Source: Phoronis australis (taxonomy: Eukaryota > Animalia > Phoronida). Taken from it: DNA of 64,000 bases. A program made the position numbers and the translations under genes. Shown piece by piece: positions 35,701-47,300 of the stretch; the first letter of the stretch is position 1; each line of letters starts with the position of its first letter. The DNA lies in NCBI GenBank assembly GCA_002633005.1, contig NMRA01000018.1:1189531-1253530 (forward strand), in the 5' to 3' direction. The notes below the pieces were generated by a model, which was not told the DNA's origin, made no database searches, and saw nothing but the letters and a program-made list of their open reading frames with translations.

Positions 35701-35908
35701 TGAGCTGCCATCGGTATTGTTGGGAAGTACTGAAAGGAACAACTTTATTTATTTGATAAATAATACCTTTAATGACCCTCTGACTCTAAAATGAAGTCAT
35801 TTCAAGTCTTACAAAACACAAACCCGAGAAAGACCCACACCGTCAAAAACGTTAGCCGGGTATTTATTGACCTCATTATGCGCCTATACATGTGCTGTAC
35901 TATTCCCA

Positions 35909-35955
35909 TCTGTCCGTCCGTCCGTCCGTCTGTCCGTATGTCTTCCCGTCCGTCG
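35909..35955. repeat. (GTCC/GTCT)n microsatellite, possibly part of a Helentron-associated INE
   Basis: TGTCCGTCCGTCCGTCCGTCTGTCCG; the family assignment is inference. Confidence 0.7.
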
Positions 35956-36689
35956 TCTAGAGTCTGGCGAACGGAAAGCTGCTGTATCCGTCTCCAAAAG
36001 GGTGTTCGTGAAATTTTCTAGACAGGCATGGATGGAACTGGCACGAGCGAATTTTTGGACAGATTCGAATACTGCAATGCCCTGTTGTTCCAGTTATAGT
36101 TTTAGGTTTGCGTCTGTATTTTTGGAGTTCCTTTAGTTGGCGAATTTTCAAGAAATTTGGTAGATAAGTCCCTGTTCTTCACTGTTTTCGTACGGATTCG
36201 GTGTATTGTACGACACCTAGTGGTTATTTATTATACCATGCTTTGGATTTTTTGTACCTTCGTTTCGATGGATAACATGAAAAAAAGTTTAATTATACTT
36301 TTTATTCCTAAATATTTTGAAATGTCTCAGTAACTGTGTTATGCACAGATTTTCTAAAACAAGTTAATTAAGATTTTTAAATCCAAGAAGACAATTTTCC
36401 AGGAATGTAAACCTGTGTTTCTGTACGGAAACTCCCTTCAGACGAGAAATAATGGACTCATCGCCTCATTATATTACACTCTGTTGCTCTCTTACTTCCA
36501 TTTTTTGATCCCAGCTATTGAAGAGGGATCTTTGATATCCATGGCTACCCTTTCCTGTTTTTCGTATTTATATCCTTTTCCTTAAAGGGTCACTCACGGA
36601 GGGGATGCTAATAATGGAATCGATTGCCTGTCTATTCCTATTTTTGCGAAATCGTTCAACAGCTGATATGGTGGTGTACTACTTAAGTA

Positions 36690-37970
36690 TGATAAATGCA
36701 GAGGACAGTCCTACGATAATGTTGTAAACATGTTCAGAAAATATCGAGGTATGCAATAGGCAATTCTTGAGAAGAAATGCTTTGTCCGTGTCCGGACATT
36801 CGCTGCTGCTTAGATGTAACCAGTTTCTTTGGTACCTTACAAGAGATTCACAACTACTCGTCATCTACGAAAAGGTGGGCTGTGTTGCTGTCGTGCTAAA
36901 GTATCCAAGTGCCTTTCAGATACTCGATGGGAAGGCCATGCTTCAGCGTTGTAGGCAATAAATGAAAACTTTGAATCTATAGCCGAAGCACTAAATCACC
37001 TTCACCACGACAGGAATAAGAATGGCGATACAAGATGTCACTGAGGCAGGTAACATTCTTGATAAAATGGAGCATTTGGGAGTTTGTCCTCATGTTGCAG
37101 TTCCGGAGTCGTCTGCTGAATGAATTTCACAGAACCAGTACATGCACGCACCCAAGGGGGGTCTCGGGGTGCTCGAAGGACCCCACCCCCCATTTGGCGA
37201 AGTGGGCAAAAAAGTCCGCCTCAGAGAAACAAAAACTCCGAAAAAAGTAGAAAACATACAAAAGTCTACTAAAAAGGCAGGAACTACCAAAATTTGGCGA
37301 ATGCACACTTCTATGCTGTGAATCTCAGTAAAAGGTTCACATTCTCAAAAATTCGAGCCCTCCATTTTTTAAGCTGGGTGCGCGCATGCAGTAAGGCCCT
37401 ACAAGACCAACTGGTCGCCATGAACACGTGTGTAAAATTGTATGCATCATTTGTTGAGTTTGTTAGAAATACTAGAAACTAGTTTTAATGAGGTTTGAAT
37501 TGCCTCATTTGCAGTGAAACGAAGAAGGACACGGAAAAGCAGCCTAGTGACGGATGCAGAACTTATTTCGAGGGACAGTTTTCCAGTTTAGTCTTCTCTA
37601 CCTACAATGAACACTCTGGAACAGAATTTGAGTATTCGAGCAACTGTATATATTGACATATCCTGCAAGTTTTTTGGTTTGGGGTCGGCTTGAGCCATTG
37701 CCGATGAGCTCAGTTACATCAATCAGGTGAACTATTGAAGAAGGAATATCCAGTCGACGTTGACAACCTTATTGGTGATCTGCATTTCCATACTTACATG
37801 AAGCAGAATAACAGTGACTGCACTGGCCAAAAAGATTTCAAGGACCTGTATCAATTTGCAATATCGAATAACGTCGGCTTTTCCAAACGTGGAATCTGTG
37901 TTGAGAATGTTTCTGAGTCACATGGTCACCAATTGCTTGGAGAAAGGTCCTTTTCACTAATTAAGGTTAT
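36690..37970 (+). pseudogene. Decayed hAT-superfamily (ZMYM1-like) transposase, interrupted by a MITE
   Basis: Fragments in shifting frames: KCRGQSYDNVVNM, FFGTLQEIHNYSSSTKRWAVL, KCLSDTRWEGH, EFVLMLQF..LNEFHRTS/KALQD, FPNVESVLRMFLS..VTNC/GERSFS (hAT dimerisation motif). Contains stops and frameshifts. Confidence 0.85.
37141..37388. mobile_element. MITE with CATG..CATG TIRs and 5-bp TSD (CAGTA), inserted in the hAT remnant
   Basis: Ends CATGCACGCACCCA / TGGGTGCGCGCATG; CAGTA on both sides; homologous to 2509-2761. Confidence 0.85.
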
Positions 37971-39175
37971 GCAGGGGCATTTAACAAAATGTCTAGGAAG
38001 GATTAATTTTAGCTCGGCAAAAGTATATTTTTTTTCTGAAAGTAGAAAAGCTTTGGAATTTTGATTTTTGACTTTTTATCAATCTGTTATTAATTGGGTT
38101 ATGTGACCATGTCTTTTTAGTAAAATTTAGCAGAAAAAAGGTACATTGATAGCAAAACAATGGTATCAATCACACAATCAAATTTTATTTGATAAAAATG
38201 TTCAAGGTGAGATACCACAAAAGCAGGTACAGTTTTCTAAATTTCGTTTCATCAACTTGAATGATTTTTCATGAAAATCGTAAAAGTATTACTGTTTGAT
38301 AGCTCCTCATACAAAATATGAATCTAATCAGCCGTTTCTGAGATATGATGCTCCAAAATTTCCCAAATTTTCCCAAAGGAATATAAAGTGTACTGAGATC
38401 AACGATGCCGCAAGGAACCAACGATCTCGAGTAAAGAACGCGGGCACGTGTCACACTAAGCCACACTGCCTCCTAAGTGTTGACATTAGGTTTCATTTTC
38501 ACTCTCGGAAACAGACGAAACTATAAACAGAAGTTTCCGTGCTCCAGCTGCTCCGAGATGCTGCTGTGTACCTCCGGATTTCCCAGCTCACTGTAGGGGA
38601 ATTTGTCAGTACATCTTTTGGTACTCTAATAAAGTGATATTGAAGCATCGGTACCCAAGTTTACGGTGGCTGCCTCTATGGGTTTGCTCCCCCAACTAGC
38701 AAAGTCCGCACGCCTAAGGCGAGAGAAGAGCGAAATCGGCGACGAACAAGAGAGGGAGCTGAAGTGGTGATGATAGGAAAGAATGTGATAATGGGTCCAT
38801 TGCAACAATTTGACGAATGAGAATTAGTTTCTACTCTCCCCAATATTTTTTATCTTCCTACGCCCTTCTAAAGCGACCAAAATGGTTTAACTGTTAACTG
38901 TAGACGGGGGTGGAGGGGTACCGGTGGAGGTAAAACGAGTGTCTACTGTTAACGGAGGGGAGTAAAACTGGGGTATATCTCCGGGCAAAACTAGCAAAAG
39001 TCGACCCCCCTCCCCGACCCTATTAAAGCAAACTTTCCAATGGGGAGCCGCTGAAATATCTTAAGTTATATTTTTATGTGTAACTAACACTGAATTGAAT
39101 TGTCATTTTTAAATGATTTGTGTCGCCTTCGTTATGCAATGAACACTTCAAGGCAATAGTTTTGACCACAGTTCG

Positions 39176-39475
39176 CAGTGGCGGATTTAGAAGGGGGCCA
39201 CGCCCCCCCCCCCCNNNNNNNNNNNNNNNNNNNNNNNNNNNNNNNNNNNNNNNNNNNNNNNNNNNNNNNNNNNNNNNNNNNNNNNNNNNNNNNNNNNNNN
39301 NNNNNNNNNNNNNNNNNNNNNNNNNNNNNNNNNNNNNNNNNNNNNNNNNNNNNNNCCCCCCTAAAATTCTGCCAGATTCCATTTGGCAGTTCGGGGGTCC
39401 GAATGTCTGACGGGCAAAATCCTGGCTAATACTCTGCCCTGGCCCTCCTGACTCAAGATCCTGGATCCACCCCTG
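39176..39475. mobile_element. MITE with CAG..CTG TIRs and 5-bp TSD GTTCG; spans the N gap 39215-39355
   Basis: CAGTGGCGGATTTAG / CTGGATCCACCCCTG; GTTCG on both flanks. Confidence 0.75.
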
Positions 39476-40026
39476 GTTCGTGTGAGTGAATGTGCGAAAA
39501 TATTTCTACAATGATGGTCTTTTTTTCTTACAAATTTTGACGAGTGTCATAACAGAGTGGTTTTGTGGATGTTAAAACTTTTAAATAAATGTGCATTGAA
39601 TGGACAAAATCATTTCTTTTTTTAAAACCGAATGGGGGTTATTTGAAGTACCTGAATAATAACTGCATAAAGCGGCGAGTAGTTTGCCGTGAACAAATTA
39701 TCAACTTCTCTGCTCTTCCCTCGCCACAAGGCCTTGATGTCTTGCTGTAAGACTGGCGCCGAGCGATGAGATCTGCTCAATTACACACAATTGACTTCAC
39801 GAACTTGATAACAAAACGTTAATTGTCAATGAACTGACAAATTTACAAGTTGGATAGTGACTTGTGTGTCGATTTTAAATCTCTGCAGCTTCGCAAGAAG
39901 CCAAATTTTTGATAAGTTAACGGGTAATTGAGCGTGTGGTTTTGTGCAGTAATTAATCCCTGTATAGAAAAAAACACAATGGTCGCCGCTTGGGTGCATA
40001 GTGCCCGAGAGTTAGTTTGTGTTTAA

Positions 40027-41377
40027 AGGAGAAGGCAACCTTTTTCGTGTCTTTTTAGTAAAAATGTGGTTCGTTGATTATCCGAGACATTTGTTTCGGT
40101 TAATAACGGCTTCCCGTAATTTCATTAATTAGTCGTGTCGTACTCCGGAAGTGACGTCTAGGGGGTTAAGAATTTCCCGCCATTTCGTTTTCATATAGTC
40201 TGACTGTGTGACCTGTCGAGTCAGTCATTGTTTTACCTCGGTTGTCGTTTGCGTTTGTTAACAAGTTAGTCAACATGCCGCACGGTTGCTGCGTACCAAG
40301 GTGTACTTATCATCGTCTCGCACGTATGCCATTACATCGCTTTCCGAAAGATGACAGGATCCGCCGTATTTGGCCCGTAAAGAACGCAACGTTACCTTCC
40401 ACCCAACGTACAAAGCAGTGGAGAATTACCGAGAGTGTGGCAAGCATTTTCTGCCGTTGTATTACGAAAGAGATATGTACGAGGAATTGATGAGGGTTCC
40501 TGCAAAACAACGCCTGAAGAAGGACGCCATATACTGTCGCTGTTGATTCCCGGTAGTGCCCCGTCGCCACTCACGAATAGTTTATTATTTTGAAGCGAGT
40601 AGCCTCGCGAGCTGTGGCTTCTACAGTGGCTGGATGTGCTTCATCTACTGTCACCCGTGCCTTCCGGAAACTAGCAGTGATTCGCCCTGTGCTGGTGTTG
40701 TCTCCAGCCCAGAGCTTGTAAGCAGCTCTGTACGTTGAGTAGTGGGAGTCAATACAGGCCAAGTTCGACACCCACTGGAGGAGGATGACAGTTCGTCTTT
40801 CAGTAGTCAGGCCGGTGAGCCAAACTTTGATAACTTTATTGTGGACTAAAGTATTGGAGCTATTTAGAAGGTGCCAAGTGTGTGACGAGGGAGTCACACG
40901 GCTGGATGTAAGGGGTTTGGATTTTCAGGTCACCATCCAATGGGAACAGCGTAGGCATTCCATGGAGGTCGGCATAACTGTGCACCAAGACGTCCCACCT
41001 CAGTCTCCGCCTCATCTCTCTCAACAGCTGTTTGTATTCTGCCTCACTATACTCGGGCTCAAACACCCACTGCTACATACAAACTAAAAGATTTCTAAAT
41101 CCAACGTAATTTAGTTATTTAACAACCTAGCTCGTCGTAGAATACTCGTCGATGGGAATAGCTGACGACAATTTTAGGAGACCAGCACAAAAGCAACAGT
41201 AGAACAGATCCTCACGAAACGTCGGGAAATTCTTAAACCCCTAAACGTCACTTCCAGAGTAGTGCACGACTAATTAATAAAATTACGAAGAGCCGTAATT
41301 AACCGAAGCATTTGTCTGGGATAATCAACGAACTGTATTTATACTAAAAATGACGCGAAAAAAGGTTGCCTTCCCCT
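40027..41377 (+). mobile_element. Non-autonomous DNA transposon with ~165-bp imperfect TIRs, TTAA TSD and a decayed THAP domain (Kolobok-like)
   Basis: TTAA|AGGAGAAGGCAACC ... GGTTGCCTTCCCCT|TTAA; long inverted ends; internal THAP remnant. Confidence 0.85.
40275..40540 (+). pseudogene. Frameshifted THAP zinc-finger coding remnant
   Basis: MPHGCCVPRC..LHRFPKDDRIRRIW, then ECGKHF and RLKKDAI in other frames (C2CH THAP signature and AVPT-box-like motif). Confidence 0.8.
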
Positions 41378-42355
41378 TTAATTGGTAGTTTTGTGATTGC
41401 CGAACTCGAACACATAAGTTTGGACTAAACGTTTTTGAAATAGTTTTGACAATTTTTAAACTTTTATGGAGTACCGGGCTTAGAAAAGGGTGTAAGGTAA
41501 CTGAGCTAGATACAGAGCAGGCAATGAAAAGCAATATGGTTCGTGTCAATATTTACTATTAAATGCATTTGCGTTAATTTTAACAGTAAACCATTCCCCC
41601 ATTTGCAGATTACCAATTAAGCCTTTGATTTTATAATGTTATTATTCTGAAAATGACAATAAATGAAGTCGCCCAAAAAACGGTTGCAATATGATGCCGA
41701 CCATTCAAACATACGTTATAAACTGGTATTTTAGGGAGATAGCATAAGGCCTTACTAATTCGGTAATTAGCTGATAACCCTGACATTTGCTCGTCTGGAT
41801 GACAACCGTGATAGAAAAAATTACCCAAAACACCCTTGATAAAAGTGACAAATACCAGTCTGTTGGAAAACTGAGTAAGTGTTTTTATCACGCTCTTGAA
41901 ACCCTACGTCAACAATAAAGATATCGACCCCCAAAATAGTTCTAACTATCGCGTAATGATATCGGCGGAAGACAAGAATGTCGACGGCGATACTGTTGCC
42001 TCTGAATTGGATATTCTAAAATGCGAGGCCAAGCTAAGAAATATCGCGTTTTGAAAAGAAGTCTAATGTGACCTCTGACGTGCGGTAGTTGGCATGCAAG
42101 TTCAAGTTCCTATTTTGTAATTTTTTGCCAGTTGGCATGACCTACGACCAACACCGGCGCGACTGTGAGGGTGGAAACCAGAGCTGTGTGATAAAAATCA
42201 TGTTTGTCAAATTTCGTAGTATCTCATAACGTATTTTTTGTGCTACTGTCTCACTTCTTAAATTAAAGGGGCAGTGCAACTGAGCACTGGCAATTTTGAG
42301 TGCCCATTTTATTTGTGTGTTCAATGATGGACTTATGGAACTCCACGGCACAACT

Positions 42356-42505
42356 GGATTGCGTTTCGTAGACGCAAATAAAATTCGTTAAAACGCAAGG
42401 TGACGTACATTTAAGTTTTCCCAAGATATCGCCATGAATTACAAGCTAAGCACGTGATAATGCTAGCTTTAATCGCCAGATTCTCGCGTCTACGGAACGC
42501 ACACC
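42356..42505. mobile_element. Diverged copy of the 62810-62950 MITE, reverse orientation
   Basis: TGCGTTTCGTAGACGC / GCGTCTACGGAACGCA inverted ends; shared internal ATCACGTGCTT. Confidence 0.55.
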
Positions 42506-43110
42506 TGATCTCCCCTTGACCTAACACGCGAAACAAGCTCTAACAATGTGTATTTGAATAAAATCTGCGCTGCTCTCAGTACACCCAAGACACTCACGAG
42601 AAAATGTGATCAGGTGCTTCGTTTGTAATGCATGGCGATAGCTAGCTGGGACTTGCGAGACCTTGCATTTTTGCGAGTTTCCTTGATTTACGAAAACAGG
42701 TTTTGGTACGGCATTGGAAAGCACGCTTTCGCTTCACGCTGTAAAACTTGAGTTGATCGGTATGAACAGGTACTTGACTCAAATCGTACTCCGAGCAATA
42801 AAAAACTATTCTCACATTTGTTAGCTGTAGAAAAACATGTCAGGATGTCTAATTACGTCACGATAAGATAGGTAATTAAAATGGAAAAAATGGAGATGAT
42901 ACACATTTATGCCTCAGAACTCACAAATGATGTCTACGAGCCTATATAAGGAAGCGCACCCGCACGAATACCATTTCCTGTGCAGTGTTTTATTGTCTCT
43001 CAGTAACGGTTGTTTATTAATGAGACATTAAAGCCGACTTCAACCAATTAAAAGGGATTAAGGGATTAAGTTCTACTTGAACAATTAAAGCTGCATTTCC
43101 CCCTGTTTAA

Positions 43111-44340
43111 AGGGATACTAAACCCTCGTTCTGTCACTTGCTTTTGCATCAGTGGCGTTAATCTTAAATGATGAAGGCCGCAATCATGTAAAAACTCATA
43201 CTCCCTGTGTTCTTTCGCCACAGTTGCCGTGGAATTCGCTGAAAGCGTAGGTCACGCTTGCCCGTTTAACAGACTTTGGAAAGAGCTTTCAAATTTTCCT
43301 TCAAACTTTTGAGGGTTCTCGGGGATTACAGAGCATTATTTTGTATCAGAGAATTGGATAGAAAATCGTTTTTAATATTTGTTAATAGGACAAAACCCGG
43401 TTTGACTAGTCAAAAATACAAAAAATGAATTAGGCCTTTCACTTTTACGAGAAGAACTCGAAGTATTTTAAACTGAAAAGGTGAAATGAAGCCAAATAAT
43501 ATTCTCTGGGCTTTCTCAATCTCATACAAAATTTATTAAATTTGACAAGAATTTCTAACGTTTTTGTACAGGGAATTTCCGTTGTAATTTAAAAATGGCT
43601 ACGTTGAGCCTTTAGGATGAAGTTTTGAGGGAGAATTTTAATGTTTATTTTTTCTAGTACTAAGCTATTCAGGTAAAGTAATTCTACAGCATACTCATTA
43701 CTGGCCGAAATCCGAGCAAGCTTCTTGAGTACCTACTTGGACTTCTTATCGGCAGGGCCGTAGAAAGTGGAAGGCGAGGGAGCCCATACCCCACAATAAT
43801 TTGCAGGAATCAGGAGCAAAACAAGGAACTGGGGACAGTTGCTCACAGATGTAGGCAAAATGATAAAAATCTGGACACAGCGAAACATACTAAAGAGATA
43901 TAAAAAGAAATCATTTGTCAACTAGCATTCCCTGATTTATCTACAGCGGCACCTGACGACCAATTTTTGTTAGGGGAGCTCCAGTTAATTTTTTCGCAGC
44001 ATGCACCGTAGCTTTGCACATACGGCGGCGATAAGCCCGCGTTTTGTTCAAGAAGCAAATTTTTGATTTAGACCACTCACCGCTAAAAATTGGTCTCAGG
44101 TGAAAAGTGATCGATTTTCTGCTTTGCAAAGAACTGGAAATTTGCAATAGCCTGAGAACATGCTCGTTGCATGGCACAGGTTGTTTGTAGTTCCTGGTCT
44201 TGCGCAATAACCAACTTTCAGTTCTTTCACAGCCCTGAAATCACCTGTCAATCAGTTTGAAAGATTGAGACCAACTTCATGATGGTACGTGGTCTAAATC
44301 CAAATTTTTTTTTGTGGCGGAAGGCGGGTTTGTTTCCACT
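43111..44340. mobile_element. TTAA-flanked non-autonomous element of a family with internal TTGATTTAGACCAC subrepeats
   Basis: TTAA|AGGGATACTAAACCC ... GGGTTTGTTTCCACT|TTAA; similar termini or subrepeats near 5750, 50400, 59750 and 62959. Confidence 0.5.
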
Positions 44341-47300
44341 TTAACCATACTTTTGTGAAAATTTGATATAAAAAAGATATTACGGAGCAAAGTAGTAACA
44401 TTTTTTAATTCAAAAAGACAACTCTATTCTTCCAGGAAATCCTCTCGCAGGGTTCATAGATTCGACTTTCCCTCGTTTTCATTTTAAATAAAACATAATT
44501 TTTCAATAATAGGGTGTATGATAGAGAAGGAGCCCCTTGCAATTACTATTCCTCTGCTTGCTAGAGGACATGCTTTATGTTTATTTTTGTATCTGGAAAA
44601 TGACCTTATCTTCTTTCAAATATTCACTTCATTTCATATCGTTTAAAGAGTCCTGAAATGCGATAAACAGACTTAATTGGAATGTGGAAGTGGTTCTCTG
44701 CCACAGAAACAGAATTCAACTTGCTGACCAGGTATTTTTATCTTTTGTTGGTAAAGATTTTTAATTTCTGTTCATATCAAAACATTTTCTTTTAGTTTCA
44801 AATTTCAAAAAAACAAACTGCTCGCCACTTCGTCGATTTTTCTTCCACACGGCAAAACACGTCTCCTTATTTGGTAGGACAAGACAAAGAAGTAACACAT
44901 TTCCCTTATATGGAAAATGTGACCTTTGACCTCAAGCAACTGACTGTGACCGCATGCGTGCATTTATCAAAAGGGGGAAGGAGATTAGAAATTCTGTGGT
45001 AACCACAGAGGTTTTCCTTTGCGCGTATTTCAAAATTGTGCATTTTGTGATTTTTTTCTGGAAATTCCCTCACAGGGGAAACTGAATTACTCTGTACAAG
45101 ATGTTGCAAAATGGTACTTTCGTTAAGAACTGTTTGAAAGATATTTTTGACGAGCTTTCGCGTTCCATACTCACAAAAGTAGTGTTATGCTTAGAACGTG
45201 GAATAGCCTACTTCTGTTCATAAGCAGAGTGAGATTTTTTCTGCTTTTGTTCGTGTAAACGGTTTAGAATTCAAGACGTTGATTTCGATACTTCTCTCGT
45301 GAACTGTGACTGTTCCTTTGCTCTAGTGGTAGCGTCTTTATTTCTTTCCAAATAGACGAAAAAGCCAACAGTTTTCAACTGAAAAAATATATGTTCAAAT
45401 ATAAATTGCAAGCTAAATACACGTACATGCTAACTTTCTTCGAGTATTATGTAAGCCTATATCTTCAGCAAGATCCTTCACTACCTTTCACCAGCCAGAT
45501 GTTTGAGAATATTTTTAAAAAATAAATGAGATGTGTCTATAACCGCAGCTTCACCGTGGTTTTACTCAAAAGCTTCGTGCACGTGCCTACTTCTGGGCAC
45601 AGGCGCAGCTTTTAGATAGTATGCACGTGATGCTTTCACCTTAAAAACGTGCGCTATCCGATGCATTGCCATTCACCACGCAGATCTGTCTATTAATACA
45701 GGAGCATATCTCGCAGGAGCTAACGAAGACGCTGAAAACATGATAAATCACGGAAAACATAAATAACGTGACTAAAACATCGTTTGATATTATCAGAAAA
45801 TTGGAAAGTAATTTGCTTGAGACATTTATTAAATTCGCGATTGATTAGCAGGATTAGAAGAGCATTACGTAGATTCTTTGATTTATTGGTGTGCAAGCGA
45901 TTCAGCTACTGCCCTGGGAAATGAGATCCGTCTGGCATAAATCATAAACCACGGTTTAATAATTATACTATCAAAATATTCACGAAATGTACTCCAGAAC
46001 TAGGAAATCTTGTATTTATTCCGTCACTCATGAGGTACTCCAATGGACGGTGCAAGAGGGGCGTGCCTGCTCAGATGGATAGGAATTTCACGGCGCCTTT
46101 TCCGATTGAATTACCTAGATTCTGGACGAAAGGGTGCCTTGTCTGATTAAATTCTCTAAAAAGGGTGTCATATCCGATATTAAAAGTCGAAATTCAATGG
46201 ATCACTTCTGTAGATGCAGTTATAAAAAGAGTGGTGTTACGAGAACATAACACCGCGCAAGGCTTTCTTTTCACGGAAGTTCCCTACAAATTGACCTCTT
46301 TTTCGTGCACACTTTTTGGTTTCCTTATACTGATTTTTGACTGCAAATCTCTGTCAATAGTTGAACACTCCCAGGCCGTACCGCTCTCCTCCCGTCAACA
46401 CCAATCGGGGAATCAAAGTAATTTTGCGTACGTTTACAACAAAACTCGATGTTTTGGACAAATCCATGCAACTATACCCTCGACTGGCATCCAGCATGTC
46501 AGACGATGTCCTTGTCTTTAACGATTTTCCAGGACCTTTATCCCCAAGTGCTTAAATTTCATAAAGTTTAGTAACTTATGGATTTGTTTTCGTCCGTCCG
46601 TGTACGGCGTCAAACTTCGTTACAAAAATAAGGTTTCTCGTAATATTACCATACCTTTTTGAATCACTTCATCGACAATTTATGCTGTGGGGTGTGAATT
46701 GTAACTCTTCATGATTCATGTTTGTGTCTTTTCCTCTAATAATCTTAAAGTGGCATCATCGTCATGAAAAGTGGCTTTCTGAGATCAGCGCCAACACGGA
46801 ATCAAACTCACAACCTCAGAAGCCCCACGCGACAAAGGTAAACTATTTTAAGCGTATGTAACTCACACGCTTTGATTTCAGCGAATGGCTGACACACAAC
46901 GGTGAGAATTGAGGATTTGTAATTAAATCGTAAAAACACAACATATTTTTTATAGTTTTATCAAAGCTAATAACTTCAAGAAGTCTATACCATTATAAAA
47001 TAGTCCCAAAAATGCGTTTTTCGGCCCTAAAACCATTTTTGTCCCTCTGAAACCCAGTATTGGTGAAAAAACGATTCACAAACCATTTACATAGGACGCT
47101 ATCGCGAATGTTGTCGGATTTTTTAAAATGTACGGTTTCAGGAATGTGTGCACTTTACTTCAATTATGATGAAAGACGTTTTTCATACAATTAAAATACT
47201 GTACAGTTGATTAATAACTAAAAACCAAAAAGCTGATAAACGGCTTTGAGTGATAAGTAATATTACTAAAATTCAAAATACCCCTCACAAATTATTTCGG

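Noticed and set aside
35950-36200. Possible LINE 3'-end or gene fragment (minus strand AVFESVQKF..)
   Set aside because: The similarity is too short to support a call without a search.
38480-38780. GC-richer, coding-looking patch
   Set aside because: Stops in the frames I checked and no recognisable motif or convincing splice pair; probably a decayed repeat.
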